The notes: generated by a model from the sequence alone, not told the origin. Positions 23,149-35,440 are shown, counted from the first letter of the stretch. The stretch: DNA of 64,000 bases from Blepharisma stoltei ATCC 30299 (GCA_965603825.1 CBFDEM010000038.1:499582-563581), one strand, 5' to 3'. Translations and numbers: made by a program.

Positions 23149-26100
23149 ATGTTTGAATTTGAGAGATCAATATTAGGCGAAGATATTTTCTTCGAAGGAA
23201 AAGAAAAAGTGCTAATTAAGTCGATTCAGCAAGTTTCCCCTATCGGATACATCGGAAACATTTTTAAAGAAGAATACAGCAGTAAAGTTCCAATCAAAAG
23301 ACAAGTAATTATTGAAACAGTAACAAGCATTATTATTGCCCTCCAAATGACTTCAATAAGCTGATACTCAGAGATGCCAATAGACAATTGGAAAGACTAC
23401 GACAGTTTTTGACAAATGATTGGAGTTTTCAATATTGAAATGGTATGTGCACATTATGGTTTTCTTGATGACTGCTTTTTTGGGTCAATTGCTATTGTTT
23501 CTGTAGCTTTGGCTGCTGTCCTTGTATCTGGAATATTAGCTTACTATCATAAAATTTTCCCACAAATACTTGAAACTACTCTCCGAAGCTATATAAATTT
23601 GGTTTCAACTGTTTTCTTTATCCCCATTTTGACGATGCTACTTTATGCTTTTGATAGATCTGTTGCGAATAGAGATATAAATGACCCATATGCGACAGAT
23701 AGGACAGAGAGTCAAGTTAAATTTGGAATTTGAGGAGTATTAGTTAGTTTTTCTTTTATATTAATATTCTTAGCAATCACCATACTTTATGTATTATTTA
23801 CTGCTGACTTATGCCACTCTAATTGTAAAAGAAACATCAAAGCAAGATCCAACTCATCTCTCGATATCGCGGTGGTTGCTTTACATACAATCCAATGTAT
23901 TTTATACTTCGCTACTCCTAAAAGTCATATATTAAATTCTGAATTCATCCTCCTGCTACTATCTGTTTCTCTAATAGGTGTATTCTGGCTTCAACTCCCT
24001 TATTACAATTTTATAGGAAACATAATAGTAATTTCCAAACTTTCCTCATATATTCTTATGATTTTTTCTTTGATTTTCTCAAACTTAATAAACGACGCAA
24101 GGGCAGCTTTATTTTGCTATATCATTTTGCAGCCTATTCTTTTGCTGAATATTTTCCGAATTCTTAAAGACAGGCATAACGAAATCCCTGATCAGTCTCT
24201 TATTTATACAGACCAGTTTGATTTTGAACTAAAATCACGACATTTATTAGTTGATAAAAACCTCGAAGACAAAGAAATCGTAGTGGATTTATTTAATGAG
24301 CTATATAAAACAAAAAGGCTCATAATAAACAAGCTGGCTGTCGTTTGGGAATTTTATTTTTGTTTTCATGTTATGAAAGACGAAAGGCTTGCAAGGGTCA
24401 GATTAGTGAAAATTCCTATGGTAAATAACTGTCTTGAAGGTAGCGTCCAGGAATGAAAAATTTTAAGAAAACTGTGAATGTCAAGAGATGATGATTTAAA
24501 TGATATTAAATATATTGAATATTTACTAGACATTGAAAGTGCTAAGGTTTATGATAAAGAATTATGTATGAGCTTGCTTGTTTTATTAGCCGAATTTGTG
24601 ACAAGATCGCCGAGGATTGGCAAACTGACTACAATTGTGACAAAAGCAACTGATATGCTTTGCAAAGTCCAATCTTCATACTCGAGACTTATTGAAACTT
24701 ATAGAAACTTGGAAGCATTTGATATTTATATTTCGCTTTCAGAAAATATTCTTAGACATGCTGATGAAGCCAATTTAATAAAAAAGAAAAAAAGCCGATT
24801 TGCAGAGCTGGATTTGGTGCTTAAATACGAAAATTCATTAAATAGATTTGACGACCGTGTGGGAATTATTTTGATTTCTGCAAATCCAGACTCCTTTGGG
24901 ACTCTTTCATATGTCAATGAAAAAGCAGCCCAATACTTAAGACAGCCAATGCAGTGCTTGCTAGGAACCGACCTATCTGATTTTGTGCCATGGCCTTATA
25001 ATCTCAACCACAAAGAAATCATGAAAAAATTCGCAGCCAGCTGCAAAGACTCCAATGCCCAAATTTCTCCTATATTTTTCCTCCTAGATGGCCACAACTT
25101 CTTATTCGAGTGCAAAATCCAAATGAAATACACGGCGCTGGGCTACAATGCATTCTTTTTAGTATCCATTCAAGTCCACAATTTCTCCCGCGAGCTTATT
25201 TTACTGTCATCAGAAGGCCACATTCTTGGATTTTCTAGTAAAGTCCCCAGTATTTTTAACTCCCTTGACCGCAGAATATTAAATCAAGCAAATATTACCC
25301 AGCTGGTTCCTCATTACTTCGAAATTGCCCTTAATAAACCTTTTTTTATGCTATATGGAGGACATCCTTTATGTGTGGTAAAGCAAAATCTTGTATTTAA
25401 ATCTACGACGCTGCATCTGCTTTTTATTGTATGGGACAATGATAAAATTCAGCAGTTAAAATCTGGGAAAAGCTTTGAGCAGACTTTTAAAAATAACTCC
25501 CGCAAGCGGAAAGTGAAGGAAAAGTCGACAACTTTTTTGAATGAATGAAAAATGAGAGAAAAAAGGATTGAAGAAAGGATTATGGATTCTAAAGAGTTTA
25601 ATAAGGATTATAAAGAAGATCTCAATACAACAACTGTTTTAAACTCAACTAATGGGGATATCCAGTCTAAGACAGTCAGTTTAAATCCAAGCAGCAGCTC
25701 AAGCACGTCTAGCAGTAATAGCTAATTAGACATAATAAATGCATTCGCATTACAGTTGGAAAGAGCTATCAAAATCTTCAAGTGGGTTTTATTGTGCGCA
25801 GTAAGGCTTATATAGATTGTAGCAGTTATTTCTACAAACATCGCAATTCTAGCAACAGTGTATGAAATTGTATCTCATACAACTACCATAAGGACTTTTT
25901 CTGACCTCGGACAGATTTCTTACTATATCACAACTTTAGCTGATACAGTAAGGTCTATTGATCTTGATTTGAGGCTGAATATGTTTAATTTGACCAATGA
26001 TGTGGCAGTCCTCACTGATGATGTAGACCATTTAATGAGCCTGCAAAACACAATTCTGGATGACTATGATGACTGGAAATACTGCTCATCATCAGAAATT

Positions 26101-27333
26101 GTCATAAATAAAAAAATCCCTCTATGAATTTTCGACTCCAAGCAAAAAATTGAAGAATATAATCTACTAGATACAGTCCAACTTTTTATTAACCATGTAA
26201 AATACATTTAGTGTAATAATGTTCTAAACGCTGCAGCCACAAAAGGGCAATACAGGTCTGATTTATTGTTTTTGATAACTAATAGCTTAGGGTCAGCTTA
26301 TGATGAAATAAATTTATCACTAAAAGATCTAGTTGACTGTGAAGTCAATAGAATCCAAGACTCAGGAAACAAGGTAAGAGTACTAATTATCTGCGTCATT
26401 GTTTTGCTAGGTGTTGTAGGGATTTTTCTTTCTATAAGCATTATTTTTGTGGAGAGAAAATACGAGAAATTCTGAGAGTACGCAAGAGAAAATGCATATA
26501 ATTCTTATTTTCGCTTGAAAAGTGCAGCTATTGAGAGGCTGTCAAACGTGCATGGGCTGGGGTCTCCAGATGATGAAAATCTTAAAAAGCTGAAAAAATC
26601 AGAAAGGCTGAACATTAAATCAGGGATTTTCAGAAGATATAGCTCACGAATTCTCATTTTCATTGTGATTGCTTTATCATTCTACCTATTAACTCTCTTT
26701 TATCTCTATGAAAACTGTGAAAACAGCATGAAAGACCGGCCAAGAGTCCTCTATAGCTTAATTTTTACAAGGGCGCTGCTTTCAAAGGTCGGACTATGGG
26801 TCCGAGAGGTAATCCATCATACATTATTTGCTCAGTATCCAGCAGCATACCAATTCCCTTACCCAGACCTCGAATTTGAAATCGTTATAAATGATTTGGT
26901 CAGACAGGTCAAAGATTTGAGGAGATCTGACTTTTTAAAGCTGATGTCTGATGGGCTAAAAGATAGGATTTTTGAGCAATCTGACGTAGAAAAGCCTATT
27001 TTGATGTATGGCTCTAAGTCTGCTATTGATGCAGTTATTCTTGACTCTTATTCGTACTCGACGACCACTTATACAATTTCTAATCAAATCCTTTCTTATT
27101 ATATTGCAAACTACTCTATTGTCAGAGACGAAGTGGGGGTTAATTATGATATGACTGACACAGACTCTAAAAATAAAATCACTGAAGAGCTCGTCGTGTT
27201 TATTTATGTGACTATTGTGTACTCAATAATTCTTGCACTTATATATTTATTATATTATTTGCCGTTTTTATCGAAAGAAGTGAGGTTTTTGAATAAGCTG
27301 AAAATGCTGGTCTCAATTCTTATAGAAAAATAG
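23149..27333 (+). CDS. Large multi-pass membrane protein with central PAS domain (TmcB/TmcC-like architecture; 1379 aa; three 15-nt introns)
   Basis: Seven track ORFs share one frame. N-terminal hydrophobic helices, PAS-like segment YVNEKAAQYL..LLGTDLSDFVPWPYNLNHKEIM, Ser-rich linker, then further TM helices. Stop TAG. Confidence 0.82.
25715..25729 (+). other. 15-nt spliceosomal intron GTAATAGCTAATTAG
   Basis: Removes an in-frame TAA; A at position 10. Confidence 0.85.
25801..25815 (+). other. 15-nt spliceosomal intron GTAAGGCTTATATAG
   Basis: Removes an in-frame TAG inside a predicted TM helix; A at position 10. Confidence 0.88.
26197..26211 (+). other. 15-nt spliceosomal intron GTAAAATACATTTAG
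   Basis: Removes an in-frame TAG; A at position 10. Confidence 0.88.
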
Positions 27334-27602
27334 TTAACCTAATCAATATTAAAATTATTAACTTGTTGAATAGCAAAAATATCTATTGCTTCTAAATTCG
27401 TTTATCAACAAAATTAATTCAAATAGCACTCAAGCTGGCCTAAAATTTATGAGTTTAGTCCTTTTGAGCATTTAAAGAATTATTTATTTTTTATTTTATG
27501 AAAATAATAAAAAGATATAACTCACAGTAAAGTTTTATATAATAAAAAAGATTGGATCTTTGTTTATACCAATCAATAAAAACTATTTGTTTAGTTTAGA
27601 GT

Positions 27603-28538
27603 TTAAGATGAGGCTTTGCGGACTTTAAATTCTATTTGATGGGCTTGGAAATAATCATAAACCGCAAAATTAATTCCTATCGTTGGCACTACCTTCACAA
27701 CATTGACCAATACTCCTCGGTAAAAACCTCTCACACCTTGAGATTTCAGTGTTCCTTTAACACAACTCAAAATTGAATCATACCCCTCTGTATATCCTTC
27801 AGACTTGCTAATTTGCAGTTTTCTTTTGATTGTGTCAAGTGGATAAAACAGTGTTTCCGCTGCCAGTCCTGCCAAACTTCCAGCACTAAAATACTTTCCA
27901 ATCTCTTTATACTCGCTCTGCTCATTATTTTCCATCCATTGTCTTATTTCTTCATGCAAATAAAAAGCTAAACCTAAATACGGCCCCATTGTTGCCACAG
28001 AAATCATATATCCTTGATAAGCTCCTTTAATTTTATGCTCATCAAACGCACTTTTAATACAGCTCCACGATGATGCATGAATTCGATGTCTTCTTATTCC
28101 AAAATCTCCTGCCATTCTTGTCCTTGCTAAGTCAAAAGGATAAGCCCATGTCATGATTAAAGTCCCTGTTATCCAGCCTGCACACCATTCCAGTAGCATT
28201 TTCTCAAATGTCGTTTTTTCTTTACTTCCTCGAATTATTATATTCCTAATCCTTAATCCAATCCAAAATTTCATTGAAGTTGACGAAAATATTGAAAGAA
28301 GACTTGCACAGTTGCCTCGCCAATAACCAAAGAAGCCTTCTCGGCTTGGAACTGATGACAAATAATGAGCGACCCCTCGATATCGTTCATGGACTGGCAG
28401 ATTAGAAATATCTTGTGTTTGGAGGATAAGCTTAATTCTTTCCAATGGGGCAAGTGTTGTTTTAGCGATAGCTGCTGGAACAAAGCCGTAAGCTATGGCG
28501 TGGAAGTATCATTTTAAACGGGAGTCTCTGCGTTCCAT
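27603..28538 (-). CDS. Mitochondrial carrier (SLC25), adenine-nucleotide/CoA-carrier-like (311 aa)
   Basis: Three Px[DE]xx[KR] motifs (PLERIK, PFDLAR, PLDTIK), plus YWRGN and GFYRG. The start extends to ATG 28538 through one TGA. Confidence 0.9.
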
Positions 28539-28970
28539 TTAGGATATTATGATTTACCACAAATGATTATAATGATAAATGGAAATTAAGCTTAGCTGCA
28601 GTTATGAATAGATTTTATGATGATAAAGCTATCAGGATCAAGATATGGATGCTTCTTTGGCCTTTAATGATATCCTCTGAATAAACTTACAAGTAGAGAA
28701 TTAACATTTCTTTTTGTATTTTCAAAAGATCATTAAAATCGTAAATATCTATCAACATGCAATAAGATCTGCTTTATCTTATAACAGCAGCAATAATCTT
28801 GCTTTCATAAGTAATTAATTATGATCCTTATAATATTTGCATTAAAAGACTTAAATTTGTAAGAATTAGCATATGATTATGCTTTATTAAATTCTTCTAC
28901 TTCTATTTTTAATGCCAATTTGATAAAATATTACAAGCCTAATTTATTAATCCTTACTTTTCTAACTAAA

Positions 28971-29786
28971 TTATAGATTTAAATTACATAAAGGGCACTT
29001 GGTTTTTCTACTTAGCCACCCCATTATACAATTTTGATGGAACAGATGATTGCGTGGCAATCCGAATATAGCTTCATTTATTGTAAATTTTTCAATGCAA
29101 ATAGCGCATAAATCAGGCGCCATCCCAATTTGATAGTCAATTTTTCTTGGTTTTTGCTTATTTCTTTCAGATATCCCTTTTGAATAATTAAATCTATCAG
29201 AAAAATTGTAATTCACATTTAATTGGTCTGATGGTAGAGATTGATCAACTTCTTTTCCTTCTTCATGATCAGCAAGCTGCTCGCTGATCTGTAATAGTTG
29301 AGGACTCATTTCTCTTGGACTTATTTGCCTTCTTGTGTTAACTCTCAAAGCTGCTTCACGCACCTTCTTGGCTTCTTCGCGAGCCTTCTTGGATTCTTCG
29401 CGAGCCTTCTTGGCTTCTTCACGACCCTTCTCGGCTTCCTCGCGAGCCTTCTCGGCTTCCTCGCGAGCCTTCTTGGCTTCTTCGCGAGCCTTCTTGGCTG
29501 CTTCACGAGCTTTAATGGCTTCTTCGCGAGCATTCTTGGCTGCTTCGCGAGCTTCAATGGCTTCTTCGCGAGCCTTCTTGGCTTCTTCGCGAGCCTTTTT
29601 GGCTCCTTCGCGAGCCTTCATGGCTGCTTTGTTAGACTCCATCAAAATAATTTCATTGTTTTCTATTAATTTAACAGCTTCTTTCGTATTGCTAGCATTC
29701 TGCAGTATATTATCCATTATATTTTCTTGGAAATCTACAGCTTGCAGAGATATTTTCAAAGAATTTCATTGTGAAAGTCTTTCCAT
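28971..29786 (-). CDS. RING-H2 family protein with (AKKAREE)n insert and mutated third Zn ligand (271 aa)
   Basis: ATG 29786 is in frame via one TGA. C-terminal CAIC..LPRNHLFHQNC..W..CPLC; paralogous to the two neighbouring RING genes. Confidence 0.72.
29353..29625 (-). repeat. 21-bp coding minisatellite, about 13 units (GCCAAGAAGGCTCGCGAAGAA)
   Basis: Directly visible tandem units encoding AKKAREE variants; GC-rich relative to the surroundings. Confidence 0.92.
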
Positions 29787-30689
29787 ATTTAATCTTTCTA
29801 TACTTTTAAAAGACAAAATTTTGCAGTTAAGCCAAAATTGAAATAATCCTGGTTTATACCCAAGAGATGAATTCTTTTATCCAAAAGAAGTTGGAAATCC
29901 ACTATTATGGCAGATTTTCAAGCTGACAAGCTTGCTATCTGCTGGAGCTGAAAAGGCTGATAGATTCAATTTTCTATAATATTTAAATCGGAAAGTGCTT
30001 TTTTTTGCTTCTGCTGAATTAAAGCATAAATAAAGAAAAAATTTGTCTATATCGAATTCAATATATAAATAAAGTAATTGTTTAAATTAGCTCTTAATGA
30101 TATTATTTTATTAACTTGTCTTAACCTATATAATGAGGGACTTTCTTGAAAGATACATTTAAATAATAAAAGCATTTGACTATGCATTCTTTATTTTATA
30201 AATAATGGATTTAAAATATGAATTTTGTGATGGGTAATATTAAAACTTGCTGAAGATAGTAAATCCAACTCTGGAAATCTGAAGGAATCCAATAATCTGT
30301 AATTTGATTTTCAATTGTGATAAATGGAAAAAAATAAGAATTTTATTGATCTAAATATAGCAAATTGTTTCGATCTGCTAGATAAATATGATTTTGCTAT
30401 ACTCTGAAAACTAATAACGAAAATGACACTATTTTTTCCTTGAATTTTTTGTATTTTAATTGAAACATAATATATCGATAAAAATCCATTTAGCATCGAG
30501 GTCATCTCTGATATAAATCTCAATGGCTTTTTTTCAGCATAGTGCTGACTTCTATATTAAAATTTTTTTAATTTTTTAAATTATGATGCTATTAATTTAT
30601 CTATTGAGTTATTACTAGAGTAATTAAGATTAAGTTACATAATTAATCTTAGCAAGCATAGCCATCAATGCTATATTTTATAAATAAAA

Positions 30690-31910
30690 TTATATATCTA
30701 AAAGATCGAGAGGGCACTTGGCACTCATTTTTAGCCACTTCTTTATGCAATCATTATGAAAGCAATGATTGCATGGCAACTTTTGTAGGAACTCATTAGC
30801 AGTAAAGGCTTCCATACAAATTGCGCAAGTATCAGGACTCGTCCCAGCCTGGTATCTGATTTCTCTAAGTTTTTTCATATTACTTTCAGAAATCCCATTT
30901 GGGCGATAATAACTTTCTAAAATATTCAATATATAAAGTTGAGAACGCGGAGGAAATACATTTCCATTGATAATTATTGGCTCAGGAGATATATATTGAT
31001 AGTTATCACCTTCATGATAAGCATCTTGCTCTTCAAATGGGATTTCTTCATTTATATTTTGTCGCTCCTGAAGTAAATTCTGATTTATAGGTTCTTCCCA
31101 ATCAGCAAATTGCTCCTCAATTGGGAAGTCTTCATTTATCTGTTCTGAGTATAAATATGGATGCAAGATATCTTCTTTTGACTCCTCTCTTGCTGCCTTT
31201 ATTTCTTCAGGAGAAAAATCTTGAATATCCTCATTTCTTGGTCTTTCCTGACATCCTCTTCTGATGATATTTCTTTTTATTTCATTAAAAGCAGTCTCTA
31301 AAGATTTCCCTTGCTGCTTCAGTTTCTGGGCGTAAGTATCAACTGGCCCACCTTTACAAAACAATCGATCTCCTATATCTTCAACAATATTGATAATTTT
31401 ATGAAAGGCGCTATTTGGTTCGGCAGGCTTTTTAGGAACTTTATTTTCTTCTTGAAAATTATTAAAAATTGCAAGTCCTATGTGTAAAAATTTTTCTGCA
31501 TCACTCATCGAAGCTGAATTTTTGGCAGGCTGTTCAAGGACTTGATTTTTTTCTTGAGGTTTTTTGAAAAATATTATAGGCAATGGCTTTTCAGCAGCTT
31601 CATGGGCACGCTTTTTAGGAGCCTGATTTATTTCTGGAGGATTGTTGAGAAAATCAAGTGCTTCTGTAAGTGATGGCTTTTCAGCAGCTTTGCTGACAGC
31701 GTCTAAAGGGTATCCCATTTCGCGAAGCTGCAGGAAGTAATAATCTTTCGCTGGAATTTGACTTCGGCCTTTTTCGGTGACATCTAAAATGCATTGGATT
31801 GCTTCACTTATATTATCGGTCTGCCAAAGTGCAATTGCGATTACATTTTCTTTAAATCCTAGCTCTAATAGCTTATTTTTTAGAGAATTTGTATCTGAAG
31901 AGCCGTTCAT
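30690..31910 (-). CDS. Tandem UBA / RING-H2 E3 ubiquitin ligase (406 aa)
   Basis: UBA units LLELGF..EAIQCIL and LREMGYP..EALDFL; YISPEPIIING motif; RING-H2 CAIC..LPCNHCFHNDC..CPLD. Confidence 0.9.
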   Translation of the reverse strand: MNGSSDTNSLKNKLLELGFKENVIAIALWQTDNISEAIQCILDVTEKGRSQIPAKDYYFLQLREMGYPLDAVSKAAEKPSLTEALDFLNNPPEINQAPKKRAHEAAEKPLPIIFFKKPQEKNQVLEQPAKNSASMSDAEKFLHIGLAIFNNFQEENKVPKKPAEPNSAFHKIINIVEDIGDRLFCKGGPVDTYAQKLKQQGKSLETAFNEIKRNIIRRGCQERPRNEDIQDFSPEEIKAAREESKEDILHPYLYSEQINEDFPIEEQFADWEEPINQNLLQERQNINEEIPFEEQDAYHEGDNYQYISPEPIIINGNVFPPRSQLYILNILESYYRPNGISESNMKKLREIRYQAGTSPDTCAICMEAFTANEFLQKLPCNHCFHNDCIKKWLKMSAKCPLDLLDI

Positions 31911-32080
31911 GTTATTAATTGATAATTCTATAATTCAATTTTACACTCATCTTTAAAGCAATTTCTATAAGCTTTGTTTTTATAGTAAATTTTTTATCAT
32001 TTTAATTTAATGAATTTTTAATTAAAAAAAATTAAGAGGCTTAATTAAATATTACCTCTCACGAATCCAGACAAACCAGA

Positions 32081-32971
32081 TTATATATTTAAGTTGCAGA
32101 GAGGGCACTTGGTGCTCCTTTTAAGCCACTCCAATATGCAGTCTTGATGAAAAACATGATTGCACGGCAGCATATAGACTTGCTCATTTACTTCAAAGTC
32201 TTCCATGCAAACTGTACAAGACTCAGGTTTCATCCTAAGCTGATACCCAATTTTTCTCAATTTTTTCTTGTCTCTTTCCGAAATCCCTCTTTGAGGGATA
32301 ATATTATCCAAAATAATTAAAATTTCTAGATAAGAAGTTGGGCTAACGACAACCCCATCTATAATTATTGGCTCACCAGATATATACTGACCATCTTCTT
32401 TTAGTTCTTCATTACCAGGTAGCCTTTGACGTCTTCTTCGAGCAAAATTTCTTTGCAGCTCTCTAAAAGCGTCCTCAAAAGTCATCCCATCCCGCAAAAA
32501 TTGTTCAGCATATTTTTCAACTTTTCCTCCAGCTGATAAATCATTTCTGACCCTTTCGACTTCATTTGAAAGGTGATTTAAGAAGTCACCTACTTTTTTG
32601 GCTTCGTTTTGAAGCAAACCTCTCATTTGACTAAATAAATTTCTTCCTGGCTGTCTTTGATTTTGAGCAGGATTATCAGGAATGGCTTTAGACTCTTCAG
32701 GAGGATTGTCGAGAAAGTCTATGGCTTCATTAAGTGATGATTTTTCAATAGCCATGATAACAGCTTCGCAAGGGTATCCCATTGAAGAAAGGTAGTTAAA
32801 ATAATATTCTTTGGGGGAAATTTGGCCTCAAGTATTTTGGATGAATTCACATAAATCAACTGCTTTTTCCATCTCGCTAGTCTTTCATACTGCAATTGTC
32901 GCCAGATTTTCTTGATAACCCATCGCCAATAGCGAATTTTTCAAAGAATTAGCATCTAGTGGACCATCCAT
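32081..32971 (-). CDS. Tandem UBA / RING-H2 E3 ubiquitin ligase (296 aa)
   Basis: ATG 32971 gives MDGPLDANSLKNSLLAMGYQENLATIAV(TGA)KT, which aligns with MNGSSDTNSLKNKLLELGFKENVIAIALWQT of its neighbour. RING-H2 ends in CPLC. Confidence 0.9.
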
Positions 32972-33443
32972 GCTATTTAAATTTTCTATAATTATAATAC
33001 ATTGAGCATTAAATTTATAGCCTATGAATATTTAATAAATTATAAAATTTTATATTATCTGGCGCTTTATAAAAGCAAAAAATGCAATTATTATTTAAAA
33101 TTTGCATTTAATTAAGCATAGAAATTTTTAATTAATTTATTTTAATGCTATTTTGCTAGAAAACCTAAATATTTAAATAAAATAGTTTCCTAATATTTGC
33201 AATAGGGCAGTTATTAGTATTTTTAAATTATTTCAACAATTAGTTTATCCAGTTCAATCTACATAAATTTTTCTTCAAAGCTGCTTCAGAGCTTTTAAAT
33301 TTTAGGTCTTGATCCTTTATGGACATAAGTTATCAAAATCTCAACATATCTATTCAATAATGTGCGTCTACACTATCCACAAGAATTCATTAGCTAAGAT
33401 TAATCTCGGAGCTTATTTAGCTCTTTTTAATTATTCACCTTTA

Positions 33444-33800
33444 TTAGCCAAACACAACATCTGATCTAAAAGATGAGATGACATCACTTACATCTTCCAA
33501 GTCTTGCTCAATAACTCCTCTTTCTCTTAAGACTTGAAACAGGTTGGACACAAATCTATCATAATGAGCACCAGTAATTCCCATTCCTACATGCACCCTT
33601 CTAATTGATGTAAAAAAGTGATTTTCCGCGGTACCAAGTGCTGCCTTCAACAGTCCTGCATTCATTGCTTTTACTCTTTCGACGTCTTTTCCTACAAAAA
33701 ATCCTTGCAGTGTAGGATCAGATATATTTAGGTTATAAAATTCATCGAGAACTCTATGCCAGAACGGATCTCCTCCGTATTTTTCAAACAACGAGGCCAT
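33444..33800 (-). CDS. Group I truncated (2/2) hemoglobin (118 aa)
   Basis: SLFEKYGG, DEFY..DPTLQGFF, proximal His in RRVHVGMGIT..YDRF; typical of ciliate/cyanobacterial trHbN. Confidence 0.9.
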   Translation of the reverse strand: MASLFEKYGGDPFWHRVLDEFYNLNISDPTLQGFFVGKDVERVKAMNAGLLKAALGTAENHFFTSIRRVHVGMGITGAHYDRFVSNLFQVLRERGVIEQDLEDVSDVISSFRSDVVFG

Positions 33801-33820
33801 ATTTATCAACTATTTAATTC

Positions 33821-35440
33821 TTAAAGTTCTATATTATTAACTGACATAAGTGTTTGGTTCCCTGATAGTGATATGCTCAAGCCATCCAGGTTCATTAAGC
33901 TGGCTTCTAAATTTGAGTGGCTTATAGGGCGCTTTTCAGTTTGAAGGTTTTGAGGACCCTGAATATTGCCATTCATAAAAGGCTGGGGCTGGAAAGAGTT
34001 CCCATTTGAAAATCCATTCGTCCTTGGATTGAACTGATTAAAAGTTCCTTGAGGAGAATTGTAGGCAAAGCTATTTGGGGTAGGATAAGGATTTTGGAAA
34101 TTTTGGGCTTGCATATATGGGTTTTGAGCGGTAAATTGAGGGTTCGGTATTGGATTATTGTAAAATTGATTTTGGGGGTAATAAAGGTTTTGAGCTGGAA
34201 CTTGAGGGTTCTGTTTGGGATAAACAGAATATGAAGGTTCAATACTCACAGAGTCAAAGGGATCTGAATAAGCTGGTGCTGCTTTGGTTTGCTGAGTAGC
34301 TGAAGCTTCATCAAATGGGTTATAAGAATTTGATGGATAGCTACTATTGAAACTTGGCATTGACTGCTGGAGCACAGGCTTTGGAATATCTGTTGTAAAC
34401 AAGTCAGCTAATAATTCTTGGGTTGAAGGGGTTGGTGTAACTGGCTCTGCAGCGAAGCCATTTGCTAAACTCTTTGAATTTGGGAGGTTTGTAACGCTGT
34501 GTGAGTGTTGGTTCGGTTTTTGCTTTAATTGTGTTCCTTTAAAGAAATCTGGCTTACTTTGACTGCTGCCATTAGTTATCCCATTATTCTGACTTATAGG
34601 AGGGAATTCTTGTGCTTCCTGATTAATTTTCCTTTTTTGGTCTTTTACTTGGATTCCTTTAAAAATGTCTTGCTTAGGCTTTTCTTGGAATTCTTGCTTA
34701 GGTTTTTCTTGAAAAATGTCTACCTTTGGCCTCTGATTGAAAATATCTTTGAAGCTCTCCGGCGCCTCTGTCGGCTCTTGCTTGCTTTCAGGCTGCCTAT
34801 TCACAGCAGCTGGACTAATTTTGGCCTGCTCATACCAAGGTTCATTCTGTACAGGCGCCGGATTTTTTTCAATGATTTTGGTCTGTGGTGGCTCATAATT
34901 GTAATTGCTAATCGGTTCTTCATATTTCATCACCTGTGGAGGATTTTGATGGCTACCTACTTCTTTTGACGAAATCGACATAAACCTCTCCCTCTGTATT
35001 CTACCTGCAGCCCTTTCTTCTTGCAAAAACTGTTCATTACTTAAAAGGTGGACTATTTGCCTTACCTTTGTCCTGACCACATCGCCTTGCTCCAATCCTT
35101 TTTCCCTATACGAAAATTCCAGTAAAGCCCTAACTCTGGCTTGGTTGGTTTGTATATCAGACAAAATATAGTTTGACCCTACCTTTATGAGTGTTTCTAT
35201 CAGTGTAAGGGTCTTGCTAATTTTTTTCCAGTCTTTTTCAGGTGCTTTTAAGTAATGCCAAATTGCCTTTGAGATGACTGGGACTTCTTCGGTGTTGAAG
35301 CTCTTGTCGGCAATTGAGTAAAGTGAGCTTTTGGAAGGTACCGAGTCGTTATTCTTTGTCACTTCCGAAATGAGCTTTTCTAGTGGCGTTTTTGTAAGTT
35401 TATGCTTCAAGTTTGTTGCTGCTTTCTTAAATCTCTCCAT
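33821..35440 (-). CDS. ENTH-domain (epsin-like) endocytic adaptor (539 aa)
   Basis: ENTH motifs WKKISKTLTLIETLIKVGS, DVVRTK and LQEER; disordered tail with NPF, DPF and LLADLF motifs. Confidence 0.9.
   Translation of the reverse strand: MERFKKAATNLKHKLTKTPLEKLISEVTKNNDSVPSKSSLYSIADKSFNTEEVPVISKAIWHYLKAPEKDWKKISKTLTLIETLIKVGSNYILSDIQTNQARVRALLEFSYREKGLEQGDVVRTKVRQIVHLLSNEQFLQEERAAGRIQRERFMSISSKEVGSHQNPPQVMKYEEPISNYNYEPPQTKIIEKNPAPVQNEPWYEQAKISPAAVNRQPESKQEPTEAPESFKDIFNQRPKVDIFQEKPKQEFQEKPKQDIFKGIQVKDQKRKINQEAQEFPPISQNNGITNGSSQSKPDFFKGTQLKQKPNQHSHSVTNLPNSKSLANGFAAEPVTPTPSTQELLADLFTTDIPKPVLQQSMPSFNSSYPSNSYNPFDEASATQQTKAAPAYSDPFDSVSIEPSYSVYPKQNPQVPAQNLYYPQNQFYNNPIPNPQFTAQNPYMQAQNFQNPYPTPNSFAYNSPQGTFNQFNPRTNGFSNGNSFQPQPFMNGNIQGPQNLQTEKRPISHSNLEASLMNLDGLSISLSGNQTLMSVNNIEL

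Noticed and set aside
29353-29625. Possible CRISPR-like array
   Set aside because: Head-to-tail coding repeat with no spacers, in a eukaryotic gene.
29298-29841. Overlapping ORFs of 123, 168 and 70 aa
   Set aside because: By-products of the stop-free 21-bp minisatellite.
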